In this document: positions 1 through 10,099 of the stretch, piece after piece | Layout: the number at the start of each line of letters is the position of its first letter | Position numbering within the stretch: the first letter of the stretch is position 1 | Origin: a bacterium | GTDB taxonomy: Bacteria > UBA8248 | Direction of reading: 5' to 3' | Assembly (NCBI GenBank): GCA_965200245.1 | Contig: CBDATS010000004.1 | Span: 1,312,001-1,376,000 of the forward strand | DNA length: 64,000 nt | Made by a program: the position numbers and the translations under genes | The notes under the pieces: generated by a model | Database searches by the model: none | Told to the model about the DNA's origin: nothing | The model's input: only the letters and a program-made list of their open reading frames with translations

Positions 1-44
1 TCATCGCGTGAGCCTCGATTCATTCTCATGAGCACGAAGGCGGC

Positions 45-1076
45 ATGAGAATGGAGACGAAAGAAGGCCAGAGCCGCTTTCAGCCTCTAAGAGATTTTCT
101 CGCAAGGCACGAGCACTTCCTGCTTCTCACCCACATCGGACCGGACGGCGACGGCCTGCTCGCATGCGTCGCGCTCAGCCGCTATCTCCGTGAGATCGGA
201 AAAAACGCCACCGTCGTCACCGAGGGCAGTGTTCCCGCCTTTGTCGCGTCCTTCGACCCGGAAGGACTCGTGCGCTCGCAGGAAGATCTTCTCGCACAGA
301 AAGACTGGGCGGAGCGCTTCGACGCGAGCCTCATTCTCGATACGGGCAAGGCAAGCCGCCTAGGCAGGCTGGAGGAGCCGCTCAGGGCCGCTGGGCTGCC
401 TCTGGCCGTGGTGGATCACCACATCCGCGAGGAAGACAATATCGATTGCCCCTCCGTCATCGACGCAGAAGCTGCCGCGGTGGGCGAGATGATTGCCGAT
501 TTCATGGAAGAAGAAGGATATCCATTCGACAATCCCCTCATCACGCGCGCGCTCATGGCGTGCCTGGTCTACGACACGGGCCAGTTCCGCTTCACAAATA
601 CCACCAGGCGCACCCTGAACTGGGCGTCTCGTTTCGTGGAGCTCGGCGCGAACCCCGGGGAAGCCTACTCTATCTTCTGGGAGTCGAACGGCGCGGGTTC
701 GGTAAAGCTGCTCGGCGAGTTGATGAACCGCATGACGCTCGACTGCGGGGGGCGCCTCGTATGGTTCACGATGAGTGCCGGGGATCTGAGGCGCTACGGG
801 GTCTCGCGCGATGAGACGGAGGAATACATATCGGTTCCCCGCTCCATAGAGTCCGTAGAGGTCGTCGCCTTTTTGTCCGAACTCGAGAACGGGCGAATCC
901 GCGTAAGCCTGCGCTCGAAGGGCCGGGTGGAGATTCACGACGTGGCACGCATGTTCGGCGGCGGCGGCCACGCCTTCGCCGCGGGCGCGCGCATGCGGCC
1001 CCCTCTCGATGAGGCGGCGAGGCTCGTCACTGCCGCGCTCGCCGAGAAGATACGGGACGTTCTCGGTCCCGACTAG
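45..1076 (+). CDS. nrnA: DHH/DHHA1 bifunctional oligoribonuclease/PAP phosphatase
   Basis: HxxPDGD, DHH, DTGxF, SLRS and GGGH motifs. Confidence 0.9.
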   Translation: MRMETKEGQSRFQPLRDFLARHEHFLLLTHIGPDGDGLLACVALSRYLREIGKNATVVTEGSVPAFVASFDPEGLVRSQEDLLAQKDWAERFDASLILDTGKASRLGRLEEPLRAAGLPLAVVDHHIREEDNIDCPSVIDAEAAAVGEMIADFMEEEGYPFDNPLITRALMACLVYDTGQFRFTNTTRRTLNWASRFVELGANPGEAYSIFWESNGAGSVKLLGELMNRMTLDCGGRLVWFTMSAGDLRRYGVSRDETEEYISVPRSIESVEVVAFLSELENGRIRVSLRSKGRVEIHDVARMFGGGGHAFAAGARMRPPLDEAARLVTAALAEKIRDVLGPD

Positions 1077-1084
1077 AACTGCGC

Positions 1085-1462
1085 CTAGACGCCGAACTCC
1101 TTGAACACACGCAGAGACTCATCCGTCGCGCCCACGGCGTTGGGAGCGCCTGCGTATATTGCGCACACCATGATGATCTCCTGAATCTCTTCTTTCGTCA
1201 TGCCGATGCGAAGCGCCGCCTTTGCGTGATAGCCGAACTCCCTGTCCCGTCCCAGGGCACACAGGACGGAGAGAATGACGGTTTCACGCATCTTGTCGTC
1301 AATGCCGTCACGCGCGTAGAGATCGCCGTACACGGTTTCGGTCACGAACTGGGCGAACGCGGGGCTCGCCTCCGCGAAAGCCTGGCGCCTCTCCTCTCCT
1401 TCTTCGCCAAAGATTCTCGCGCGGGTTCTGAGTCCTCTTTCGAGGCGTGATTCTTCGTTCAT
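1085..1462 (-). CDS. carboxymuconolactone decarboxylase/AhpD-family protein
   Basis: YGDLYARDGIDDKMRE...EEIQEII...YAGAP pattern; AGGAGG RBS before ATG 1462. Confidence 0.85.
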   Translation of the reverse strand: MNEESRLERGLRTRARIFGEEGEERRQAFAEASPAFAQFVTETVYGDLYARDGIDDKMRETVILSVLCALGRDREFGYHAKAALRIGMTKEEIQEIIMVCAIYAGAPNAVGATDESLRVFKEFGV

Positions 1463-1620
1463 CAAAACGACCTCCTGTCTGGGGACGGGCGACACACCCG
1501 TCCGGAAAATGCGGGCGGCCCCATACGGGCGCACACGGTGGTTTTGCCGGGACGCTTCTTGGAGCTTATATTGAATAACGTATACAGGAGCGCATTTCCA
1601 CGCCGTCAGGGAGATTCGAC

Positions 1621-1872
1621 GTGAAACTGGACGCCGTGAAATTCGGTCTGGCCGCAGGCATCATCTACGGGGCCCTGTTTTTCCTGTACGCTCTGTTGGG
1701 CGCGCTGTTCGGCGTCGGCGGGGAAATGCTGAAAGTGATAGGCGATTTTCATCCAGGCGTTTCCCCCACCTATCCGGGAGCGATCATCGGCGCGGCCTGG
1801 GGATTCGCGATAGGTTTTCTTTTCTTCGCAGTACTGGCGTGGATATACAACCGCCTGCTGGGCAGGGAGTAG
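1621..1872 (+). CDS. small membrane protein (holin-like family, function uncertain)
   Basis: 83 aa, hydrophobic helices, ends WIYNRL. Confidence 0.65.
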   Translation: MKLDAVKFGLAAGIIYGALFFLYALLGALFGVGGEMLKVIGDFHPGVSPTYPGAIIGAAWGFAIGFLFFAVLAWIYNRLLGRE

Positions 1873-1903
1873 CGACTTCCTGGCGGGGCCGTCGAAAAAA
1901 TCC

Positions 1904-1940
1904 GGGAATTGTATACTTGAATCCACAAGCCTGAACACCT
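1904..1940 (+). mobile_element. IS1595-like terminal repeat at the left edge of the RiPP locus
   Basis: GGGAATTGTATACTTGAATCCACAAGCCTGAACACCT resembles both ends of the 59916-60637 element; partner end not found. Confidence 0.7.
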
Positions 1941-2132
1941 GAATTCAAGAAAACGGACCCTTCGGCCACCGTTTTCCCGGGAGAAAGCCCGTTCCTCACC
2001 GCAAAAACGAGAAAAACGTCAAAAAACTTCTTGCTTTCCCACCGGAATATCCCATACCTAGTTCATGATAACGATGCAAAAAGGCGTAGTGGATATGAAC
2101 CCATCCTCATTTCTCCAGGAAAGGAACCCAGA

Positions 2133-2399
2133 ATGAAATCTGCTGCCGAGATGCGCGAGCACCTGATCGAGAAGGCTAGCGACAGTGAGGAGTTCCGTGC
2201 CCGTCTTATCTCCGATCCGAAGGCCGTGATATCGGAGGAGTTAGGAGTAGCGATGCCGGAGAATTTCAACCTGCATGTGATGGAGGACGACGCCGAGAAC
2301 AGCTATCTCGTCCTTCCGCCTGCGTCCCAGCTCACCGAGGAAGATCTGGAAGCCGCTCAAGGCGCATTTTATCATGAAGATGGAACTCCGTGGGTCTGA
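2133..2399 (+). CDS. NHLP-leader (proteusin-type) RiPP precursor A, predicted core FYHEDGTPWV
   Basis: FRARLISDPKAVI...LVLPP...LTEEDLEAAQGA leader; RBS AGGAAAGGA. Confidence 0.9.
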   Translation: MKSAAEMREHLIEKASDSEEFRARLISDPKAVISEELGVAMPENFNLHVMEDDAENSYLVLPPASQLTEEDLEAAQGAFYHEDGTPWV

Positions 2400-2600
2400 T
2401 CTGTGTGATGAGGAACAGCCGGAAACCGTTCCCGGCGGATATTTGCAGAATTGAGGTCGTGATCCCTGTACGAAAAAAGCTGACACGAACATACGCGAAC
2501 CTACAATGGAAACAGATTCAACCTTCAGGTCTCGGTGGCCTGCAGGGTTTCTCAGGGTGTTGTTGCCCTGAATGCCGGTTGTCAAAAAGGAGACGGGAAA

Positions 2601-2882
2601 ATGGCTGGCGAGTTCCAGGCCGTGGACGAATTTCATGATTATCTGCGCAACAGGGCGGTAGAGGACGAGGCGTTCAGGGCCCGCCTGCTGTCCGATCCCA
2701 GGATGGTGATAGAAGAAGAGCTGGACATGACCATTCCGGAAGGCTTCAGCATCGAGGTGCACGAGGACACGGCCGCGACCGCTCACCTGGTGCTTCCGCC
2801 TTCGGCAGTGCTCGCCGAAGAGGACCTGCAAGCCGTCAGCGGGGGCGATATGGACTGGTGCACGTCATCGGGGGCGGTATGA
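2601..2882 (+). CDS. NHLP-leader RiPP precursor B, predicted core DMDWCTSSGAV
   Basis: DEAFRARLLSDPR...HLVLPP...LAEEDLQAVSGG double-glycine leader; AAGGAG RBS. Confidence 0.9.
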   Translation: MAGEFQAVDEFHDYLRNRAVEDEAFRARLLSDPRMVIEEELDMTIPEGFSIEVHEDTAATAHLVLPPSAVLAEEDLQAVSGGDMDWCTSSGAV

Positions 2883-2946
2883 GCTGGCGCAGTCCCATCT
2901 AAATGACCAGCGGTCACGACTGAATCGAAAGCAGGGACACACGCAC

Positions 2947-4128
2947 TTGTCTGACGGATTTCAGTTTCGCCAGCAACAGCGCGATAGCCTGTCCTTCGGG
3001 AGTTTTCTCGCAGGAATGAGGCAAATGTTTCCGTCGGCCCTGTTGAGCGGCGGAGGGTGGGAACGTATTCAGGTCATGGCGGAACGGCTGCCTGTTGATG
3101 TGATCGACCAGCCGTTCGGTTTCGAGTTTGATCTTGACCGAGAATCGGCCAAGGCTGACTTCTGTGTATGCCCGGCGAGCGGCTTCGCCCTTGCCGGGCA
3201 CTACATTCGTGAGGGGGCCGAGGCACCAGAAGGTTCTGCCGCGGCTGCCCTTGGTGCTTGTCTTGCCCGAGATGAGGACGACCCCGTTTCGTTTCTGTCA
3301 CGCAGAGACGGTGGTATTATTCTTGAGTACGACGTGCCGGATGTGCTCCCGGAGGAGCCGGCAGTTCCGGGTGTCTTCTTCGTGCCCCGTGCCAAGACTG
3401 CAAGTGCTGCCCGGAAGCTCCACGACGATCCATCGGAAACCGTGGCCGCACTTTGGGATGTGGCCGCCTGGCGCGCTGACGCCGAGGAACTGCGCTAGGT
3501 CCAACGGGTATACGAGGCTCTCTCCGGTGCCAGTTACTTTGTTCAGGCGGGCGTGTTACCGGGGCGGCAGCAGCGCGCGGTGCGTCTGGCAGTGCATCGT
3601 ATAGACACCGCCGAACTTCCCGGTCTGCTCGAACAACTGCGCTGGCCGGGCTCTCCTGACGCGGTTATGTCAGTAATCGCGGATACGGAAGACCTTACCC
3701 AACCCGGTAGCGTGCTCAGTCTTGATGCCGCCGCGAGCGGCATTTCGCCGCGCGTGGGGCTGGAATTGTTTCGTTCCGTGGAGAGGGCTCGCGTCGACCA
3801 TGCAGGTTGGCAGCCGATGATCAATCGGTTGGCGGACAGGTCGTGTTGTGTGCCTGCGAAGGCCGAGGGCCTGCGCGCGTGGCCGCGTGCCGAGCGGTTG
3901 CTCGGCCCCGGTGGCGTCTATCGGCTTCATTTGACCATCAGCCACATCAAGGTGAGCTTTCCGGGTTTCGCGCCGCGCTTGTCGGCATCTCATGTGCCGA
4001 TCAGACGTCCGCCTCGCCTGGGTGAGCACACCAGTGAACTGTTGGGCACCGAACTCGCGTTGGACGATGCGCAGATCGATGCACTGCGAGACGCCGGGGT
4101 GATCGGCGGCCCGCCGCCATCCGATTGA
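2947..4128 (+). pseudogene. putative RiPP-tailoring protein (possibly prenyltransferase-like), interrupted by TAG and fused at its 3' end to a CoA-transferase tail
   Basis: ORFs 2947-3498 and 3553-4128 share a frame across TAG 3496-3498; last ~55 aa resemble the CaiB/BaiF C-terminus (PPRLGEHT). Confidence 0.55.
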
Positions 4129-4153
4129 CTTCCCAGACGCCTGGAGGAGGGAT

Positions 4154-5369
4154 ATGCCGGCACTGGATGGAATGAAAGTCCTCGACATGACCCAGTACGA
4201 GGCGGGCCCAGCGTGCACGCAACTCCTGGCGTGGTTCGGGGCGGAGGTAGTCAAGGTCGAGTCTCCCGAACGAGGCGATGGAGCCCGCGTTTTCTCCCGG
4301 GGGGGGCGGCTCCAAAGGTTACGCAGCTTTCTTCTGCGCCTGGAACGCGAACAAGCGCAGCCTGGCGGTGGACCTCCGCAGCCGGCAGGGTCGGGATCTG
4401 TTTCTGCGTTTGGTACCGCTGTTCGATGTCCTGGTGGAAAACTACGGACCCGGCGTAGTCGAACGATTCGACATCGGCTACGAAAGGCTCAGCGCCATCA
4501 ACCCGGGCCTGATCTGCGCCCGGATCAAGGGCTTCGGTGTCAGTGGCCCCTATTCAGGTTTCCCCAGCGTCGATCCGACGGCGCAAGCGGCCGCGGGGGC
4601 GTTCTCTGTCAACGGCGAGGCGGCCGGGCCGCCGATGATGCCGGGTCCGCTGATGGCTGATTCGGGCACCGGTCTACAGGCGGCGATGGCAGTGCTGGCG
4701 GCTTGGGCGCAGAAGCAGCGGACAGGTGAAGGGCAACTGGTCGAGTTGTCGATGCAGGAGTCGGTAACATACTACCTGCGCTCCCACTTCTTCCGCGCAA
4801 GGGACAGAACGCGGGCGGCGCCGCGCACTGGCAACGTATACGGCCTGCCGCCGGCTGGTCTATATCCGTGCAAACCGTTCGGCGCCAATGACTACATCTA
4901 CCTTCAACCTCTCACCGATGCCCACTGGGACGCTCTGTGCAAGGCCATGGATCGTGACGACATGCGCACCGATCCGCGCTTCTACAGCCAGCGCTGGCGC
5001 CTGCAGAACGCTGACGCGCTGCGCGAAGAGATCGGCGCCTGGGCTGCCGAACGTACCAAATACGAGGCCATGGAGACCATCGCCGGCGCCGGCGTGCCCT
5101 GTTCCGCATGTCTGGATACGATCGATCTGCACCGGGACCGCCACCTGACCGCGCGCGGTTTCATCCACGAACTGGATCTACCGGTGCATGGAAAGGTGCG
5201 AATGCTGGGATTCGCTCCGGGGCCTTCGACATCGTGCGTCACAATGAAGCGCCCGCCCCGCCTCGGCGAGCATACCGACGAAGTACTCAACGAGGAGCTG
5301 GACCTGAGCGACGCGGAACTCAAGGCGCTGCACGACGCTGGTGTCATCCGGAACGCCGCTCGTCAGTAA
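4154..5369 (+). pseudogene. CaiB/BaiF family III CoA-transferase (formyl-CoA transferase-like), frameshifted
   Basis: [12 protein letters not shown]-terminus in one frame; NANKRS, VENYGPG, PPRLGEHT in the +1 frame; shift near G8 run 4299-4306. Confidence 0.85.
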
Positions 5370-5400
5370 CGGACGGGTTGCCCCCCCGCCAGGTGCACCG

Positions 5401-5637
5401 TTAAGTTATCTGGCGACGCGTCAGGTCGCGAAAGACGCCCGGCATATCGATCAGTTCCGCAAAGGTCCCTTTCCTGCGCCACCCGCCCCTCGTCGAGCAG
5501 GTAGATTCGGTCCACCTTGTGGATAGTGGACAGCCGATGGGCAATGACGATGCGGATGACGGCAAGTTGCTCGATCTGCGCATGATCTCTGCCTGGATGT
5601 TGTTGTCGAGGGAACTGGTGGTCTCGTAGAGCAGCAC
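5401..5637 (-). pseudogene. 3' remnant of an ABC exporter ATPase (NHLM bacteriocin-exporter-like)
   Basis: TSSLDNNIQ, IVIAHRLSTI, DRIYLLDEGRV and GTFAELI...RRQI spread over shifted frames. Confidence 0.7.
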
Positions 5638-5846
5638 AGCGCGGCTGTGCTCCAGGCTGGCCAGCGGTGGGCAGGATCGAGGCCATCTGGCGTCGTTGGG
5701 GTATTGCAGTGGAATGCGAAACCGCCAGCATAAACCCGTGGGCTTCGTGGGGCAAAATCCGCACTGCTTCTGAGCGGGCCGGACTATGAAGTATGCAATT
5801 TTCGGTTGCGATTGGCGATATTGACACCTTTGATCTATGATCCAGA

Positions 5847-7223
5847 TTGGGTTCGACCTTGATTGGGCGGCCCTGTCCTGTCAACCTGCGACAGGTGGAA
5901 AAAGTGACTAAATTCGACCGTATTCCTGGCGTGAGCACAAATCGGAAAGACCTTGAGGCGCGATCGTGGGACTTCGGGCGAATGACCCGCAGGATTCCAG
6001 AAGCTGTGACCACGCCGACAACCACCGAGGAAGTGGCCGGGTTCGTGCGCCGGGCGGCCAGAGACGATTTTCAGTTGACTGTTCGAGGGGGAGGTCACTC
6101 CCAGGGTGGACAGAGCCTCACGAACCGGGACCTGATGCTGGACATGAAGGATCTCAATCGCGTCGAACTCCAAGGGACGGAATTCGTACGCGCGCAAGGC
6201 GGTGCACAGTGGGGCAAAGTAGTAGACACGCTGCGCAGTACGCGGCGGCTACCACCGGTACTCAATGACATCGGCGAAGTGACCGTGGGCGGAACGCTGT
6301 CCGCCGGAGGGTTGGGTACCACGTCGCACCGCTACGGGGCGCAGGTCGGACAGGTCGAACAACTCGAGGTGGTGACTGGAACTGGCGAGCGGACACTGTG
6401 CTCGGCGACCCAAAACAAAGAACTCTTCGACGCGGTGAGAGGCGGCCAGGGACAGTTCGGCATTATCACTGAGGCGTGGATCCGGCTGAGACCAGTCGGA
6501 AGCCGGGTTCGCCTGTACGAGCTCCGCTACCTCGACCTCGATCGGTTCGCCAGTGACCTTGAGCAGTTCGCCGCCGGCGACCGCTTCGATCATTTGCGGG
6601 GAGAGGCTAGGGTCCACGAGGGTGAGTTCTTCCTCCACGCCGGTATCGAGTACGACGAGAACCTCGAAGACGCGAAAGCACTGGAAGGATTGCGATTCGA
6701 CGAGGTTGCATCGACAATAGATACGGCGGAAGTCGGACGTGGACTGATATTTCCAACATCAATGTTTTATTGGAAACATCGCCATCCGTGGCGGGACTGG
6801 TTCATGCCATGGGAAACCCTGCGGACGCTGCTCGCCCAACCGTGGCTGGATCACGACTTGTTGCCTCCCGGGCACGGGACCTGGATCGGTGTGTACCCGG
6901 TCAGGACGACGGCAATCAACGCTCCACACTTCATGCATCCGCCGGGGAAACGCATGATTTCTTACTCAATCCTTACTGTAGTAGATGAGAGGGATTTAAT
7001 GCGTGCGTATCGGCTGGTGAGCAAACTGGACGAGATCGATAAGACTCTCGTCGGACTCGGTGGCAAGAGCTATCTTTCAGGTGGTGTGCGTTACGGGCCC
7101 ACGCAGTGGGCGCAGCACTATGAAGACATGCTAACGAGGGCCATTGGATGGAAGCGGGAATTCGATCCCTTGCAGGTATTTCATAGCAACGGTATGCCGT
7201 TCGGCAATGACAGGTCGTCTTGA
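5847..7223 (+). CDS. FAD-binding oxidoreductase, VAO/cytokinin-dehydrogenase-like (start uncertain)
   Basis: VRGGGHSQGGQS, TVGGTLSAGG, GGQGQFGII, HPW, KREFDP motifs. Confidence 0.85.
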   Translation: MGSTLIGRPCPVNLRQVEKVTKFDRIPGVSTNRKDLEARSWDFGRMTRRIPEAVTTPTTTEEVAGFVRRAARDDFQLTVRGGGHSQGGQSLTNRDLMLDMKDLNRVELQGTEFVRAQGGAQWGKVVDTLRSTRRLPPVLNDIGEVTVGGTLSAGGLGTTSHRYGAQVGQVEQLEVVTGTGERTLCSATQNKELFDAVRGGQGQFGIITEAWIRLRPVGSRVRLYELRYLDLDRFASDLEQFAAGDRFDHLRGEARVHEGEFFLHAGIEYDENLEDAKALEGLRFDEVASTIDTAEVGRGLIFPTSMFYWKHRHPWRDWFMPWETLRTLLAQPWLDHDLLPPGHGTWIGVYPVRTTAINAPHFMHPPGKRMISYSILTVVDERDLMRAYRLVSKLDEIDKTLVGLGGKSYLSGGVRYGPTQWAQHYEDMLTRAIGWKREFDPLQVFHSNGMPFGNDRSS

Positions 7224-7665
7224 GAGTCTGTTTCATACCAAACCAACAAACCAATCATCCACCAGTGTTTGTGGCTGGGTTCACTGTTGCCTGGTGTCGT
7301 CTCCGGGGGATGCCGTGCGGTTGATTGGTGAAGTCCTTCCAGACCTCGCCGCCAGTGACCTAGACCTCATGTGTTGTTCCTTGGCTTTATAGGTTTTGTG
7401 GTGGTCGGCCTGGGTTTTGTGATTTTTCAACTCGTCATACGAAGTGAGATCGGAGAAGTGCGATGTAATGCCCCCACGGTTTGTTTTATTGGAATGGCCG
7501 CGACGCGCCCTACCCTCCCCCATATGTCCACAGACAGAAAACTTGATCGCGATCACGACCGAACCTTGGCCTAAATCGTCTGGCCCGTCCGTTACGGTAA
7601 CCAAGTCAGACAAGGGGTTGTCCACATTGTCTGCATCGACAAAACGACACCGGCGGCTGCCACGT

Positions 7666-8757
7666 TCAGGCTGTATGGGCTTCCTGTGCCATTGATCGGC
7701 TCAACCGGCGATATTCACCGAACGAAATGAGCTTGCCTCGCTGTTCGTCCCAGAGCGCGAGATTCAGCGACTTGAACCCTTCCCGCAACGTGATTCGATG
7801 GGCGGACCACAACTCCGGATTCTCGTCGTGACAGCGTTGCAACCGGTAGTTTGGGATGCGAGGACTCAGATGGTGCACGTGATGCAAGCCGAAGCTGGCG
7901 GTCAGCCACTGCAACGGTTTCGGGAGTGCGAGCCATGACGAGCCCTGCAATCCTGCGTCGAAGAAATCCCACTCGCCGGCCCTGCACCAGTAGGCGTCTT
8001 CGAACTGATGCTGCGTGTGGTTCATCCAGCCAGCGATCGCGCATCCGTAAAGCATGATCATGCCCTGGATGATCAGGACATGCAGGAGAGTTTCGACACC
8101 GGCGGCCAGCCAGATGCCCGCCAGCAATACCGCTAGGGCGGCGTTGGTTCGCCATACCGAGCGTCGTTCCCGCGTCTAGGAACGCGGTATGCCGAATGTA
8201 AAACGGTGCACGACCACGAACTTCAAAGTAATAAGGATACCGATCATCACGATGGGATTGCGAAGCAAGCGGTACGCGAGCCGGCCCCTCCACTCCCGCG
8301 CACTGTATTGGGCTGTCGTGAGGGTGAGGATATCACCGCCCCTGTGACTGTCCAGTTTGCCCGAGTCCGCATGATGAAATGCGTGAGTCGTATTCCAGTA
8401 GTCGTAGGGGTTGAGGACCAGCACCGCGAGCGCGTTACCGACAGCGTCGCATGCCCGTCGCGACGTGAAATAGGAGCCGTGGCCGCAGTCATGCTGAATG
8501 ACGATCAGCCGCACCATCAAACCCGCCGCAGGCAAGGCGATGATCGCGGTCGCCCAATAGCCGATCTCCACACTCTGGAGCAATACGACCCACGCGAGGC
8601 CGTACAGGATCAGGGTGACTGCCAGTTGCGACAGACTGCGGCGATTGTCCGCCCCTTCGTAGGGAGCCAATATCTGTCTCCACCGTTCCTTCTACATCGC
8701 CTGGCGGATCAACAGGTCAAGGGTACCTAGGGTTGCGTTAGCGGGTTTGGAGGCCAC
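7666..8757 (-). pseudogene. membrane fatty acid desaturase with two in-frame TAG codons
   Basis: His boxes HDCGH, HAFHH, HHVHH; GTG 8757 with AGGAG RBS; TAG at 8692-8694 and 8176-8178 in frame. Confidence 0.8.
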
Positions 8758-9636
8758 TGTATTTCTCCTGGATTTCCTTGAACGGGTTTGGCCTGAAAGG
8801 TCGTGTCCCCTTTCGGGCGCGCTCAGTCAACCATGGGCGAAGCACCTAGCCCTCGTGTCTCCTCAGTTTGAGGCGGAACCTCGCCCGAAATTATGAGCCG
8901 GATATTTCATTTTCTGTCCACGCATCATCAAACGTACGCCGAAAAGCGAGCATCCTTGAATAATTCTCATAATACAATATTTATATTGGATTTCAAGAAA
9001 AAACAGTGTTTCAGTTGGGACGGGGACCTACCGGATTCATTGACCAGAAAATTCAGACTGAGACGCTGTCGATATCGATTTGTACGTATTGCATCGACAA
9101 GGATAATGCATTCTAGGCTGGAGATTGCCTGAAAACGAGGGATATGTCCCAAGGGGTGTGGGATTTGTCGGTGACGAGTTCCTGTGTGGAATATTCCAAA
9201 CGGCCCGCTGGAGATGTTTGACAGGTTCGGACAATTTACCCGATGGCGTTGGTCGATCACATGGGTTCGTTGCAGGACGCTGGTCAGTCCCGGCCTCGTG
9301 TGTGATTCTTGCGCAATGCGGGTCGGCGCTGCCTGCGGGCAGTGCGGTCATCAGTTGATTTCGAGATGCGTTTGCATGAAGAGATGCCGCTATTCAACAT
9401 GTCAATCGATGTGCCGCGCAATGCACCGATCACTGACTATGTGACAGAATGCGGTCAGTTCAGCGATGCATGCGAAAGTGATCGGAATCTTCCCTCTCGA
9501 AACGATGAGTTTCGATCCGTTCCCCTGCCTTGTTTTGCGTCCGTTTTCTTGACGAATTTCACATTCCGCAAAAACGCCTTTGCCAGGTTCTCCATTAAAA
9601 CAGGGAATGGCAACTATGTAGTCTGACTTATCGAGC

Positions 9637-9729
9637 TGGCGGAGAGGGAGGGATTCGAACCCTCGAGGCACCTTGTGGGCACCTATACGATTTCCAGTCG
9701 TACTCCTTCGGCCTCTCGGACACCTCTCC
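9637..9729 (-). tRNA. tRNA-Ser(GGA)
   Basis: GGAGAGG acceptor stem, CTGGAAA anticodon loop, long variable arm, GGTTCGAATCC, 3' GCCA. Confidence 0.97.
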
Positions 9730-9860
9730 GCAAGGTGGGGCCGCCACATGAATCATCAGGCGGCCGTGCGGGGGTTTGTATATCACGGAAAATGAGGGGC
9801 TGTCAGTCCGCCGTCTCTGTCGCGTCTTGACTTTTTGCCATTCTTCGCTGATTATTCGAA

Positions 9861-10031
9861 GCACGTCAGAAAGGAGGTGATCCTAATATGAAAATACACT
9901 GTAGGGACGAGGTGACCGGAGCCTAGGGGAGATGCCCTCGGGAGATTCCCACGGGTTCATCTTCGCCCAGGCGAATCCCCACCAGGTCACCGAACGATGG
10001 GAAACCCCGGTCCATGAGGGCCGGGGTTTTT
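9861..10031 (+). ncRNA. candidate structured small RNA or uORF transcript
   Basis: AAGGAGGTGATCC, 12-codon ORF 9888-9926, GGTGACC/GGTCACC closing stem with inner hairpins, terminator. Confidence 0.45.
10001..10031 (+). terminator. intrinsic terminator
   Basis: AAACCCCGGTCC-loop-GGGCCGGGGTTT followed by T tail. Confidence 0.8.
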
Positions 10032-10099
10032 CACGTCACGTCATTTATAAAGCTTTCATCTTTCACTCCAATTTTTTCAATGCATAAGGAGCATGTTTC

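Noticed and set aside
5720-5790. LPHEAHGF (minus strand) as an S9 peptidase relic
   Set aside because: Eight-residue resemblance only, with no supporting flanks.
9184-9444. Cys-rich ORF as zinc finger or RiPP
   Set aside because: No clear RBS, leader or family motif; probably spurious.
9608-9636. GGCAACTATGTAGT near the tRNA 3' end as the missing right TIR
   Set aside because: Only loosely IS1595-like, in the wrong orientation to pair with 1904, and no matching TSD.
1881-9660. tRNA-Ser-integrated island bounded by att repeats
   Set aside because: Only a 6-nt match (TGGCGG at 1881) to the tRNA 3' end, and no integrase.
9871-9883. 16S rRNA 3'-end fragment
   Set aside because: Match limited to 13 nt with no adjacent rRNA sequence; better read as an extended Shine-Dalgarno.
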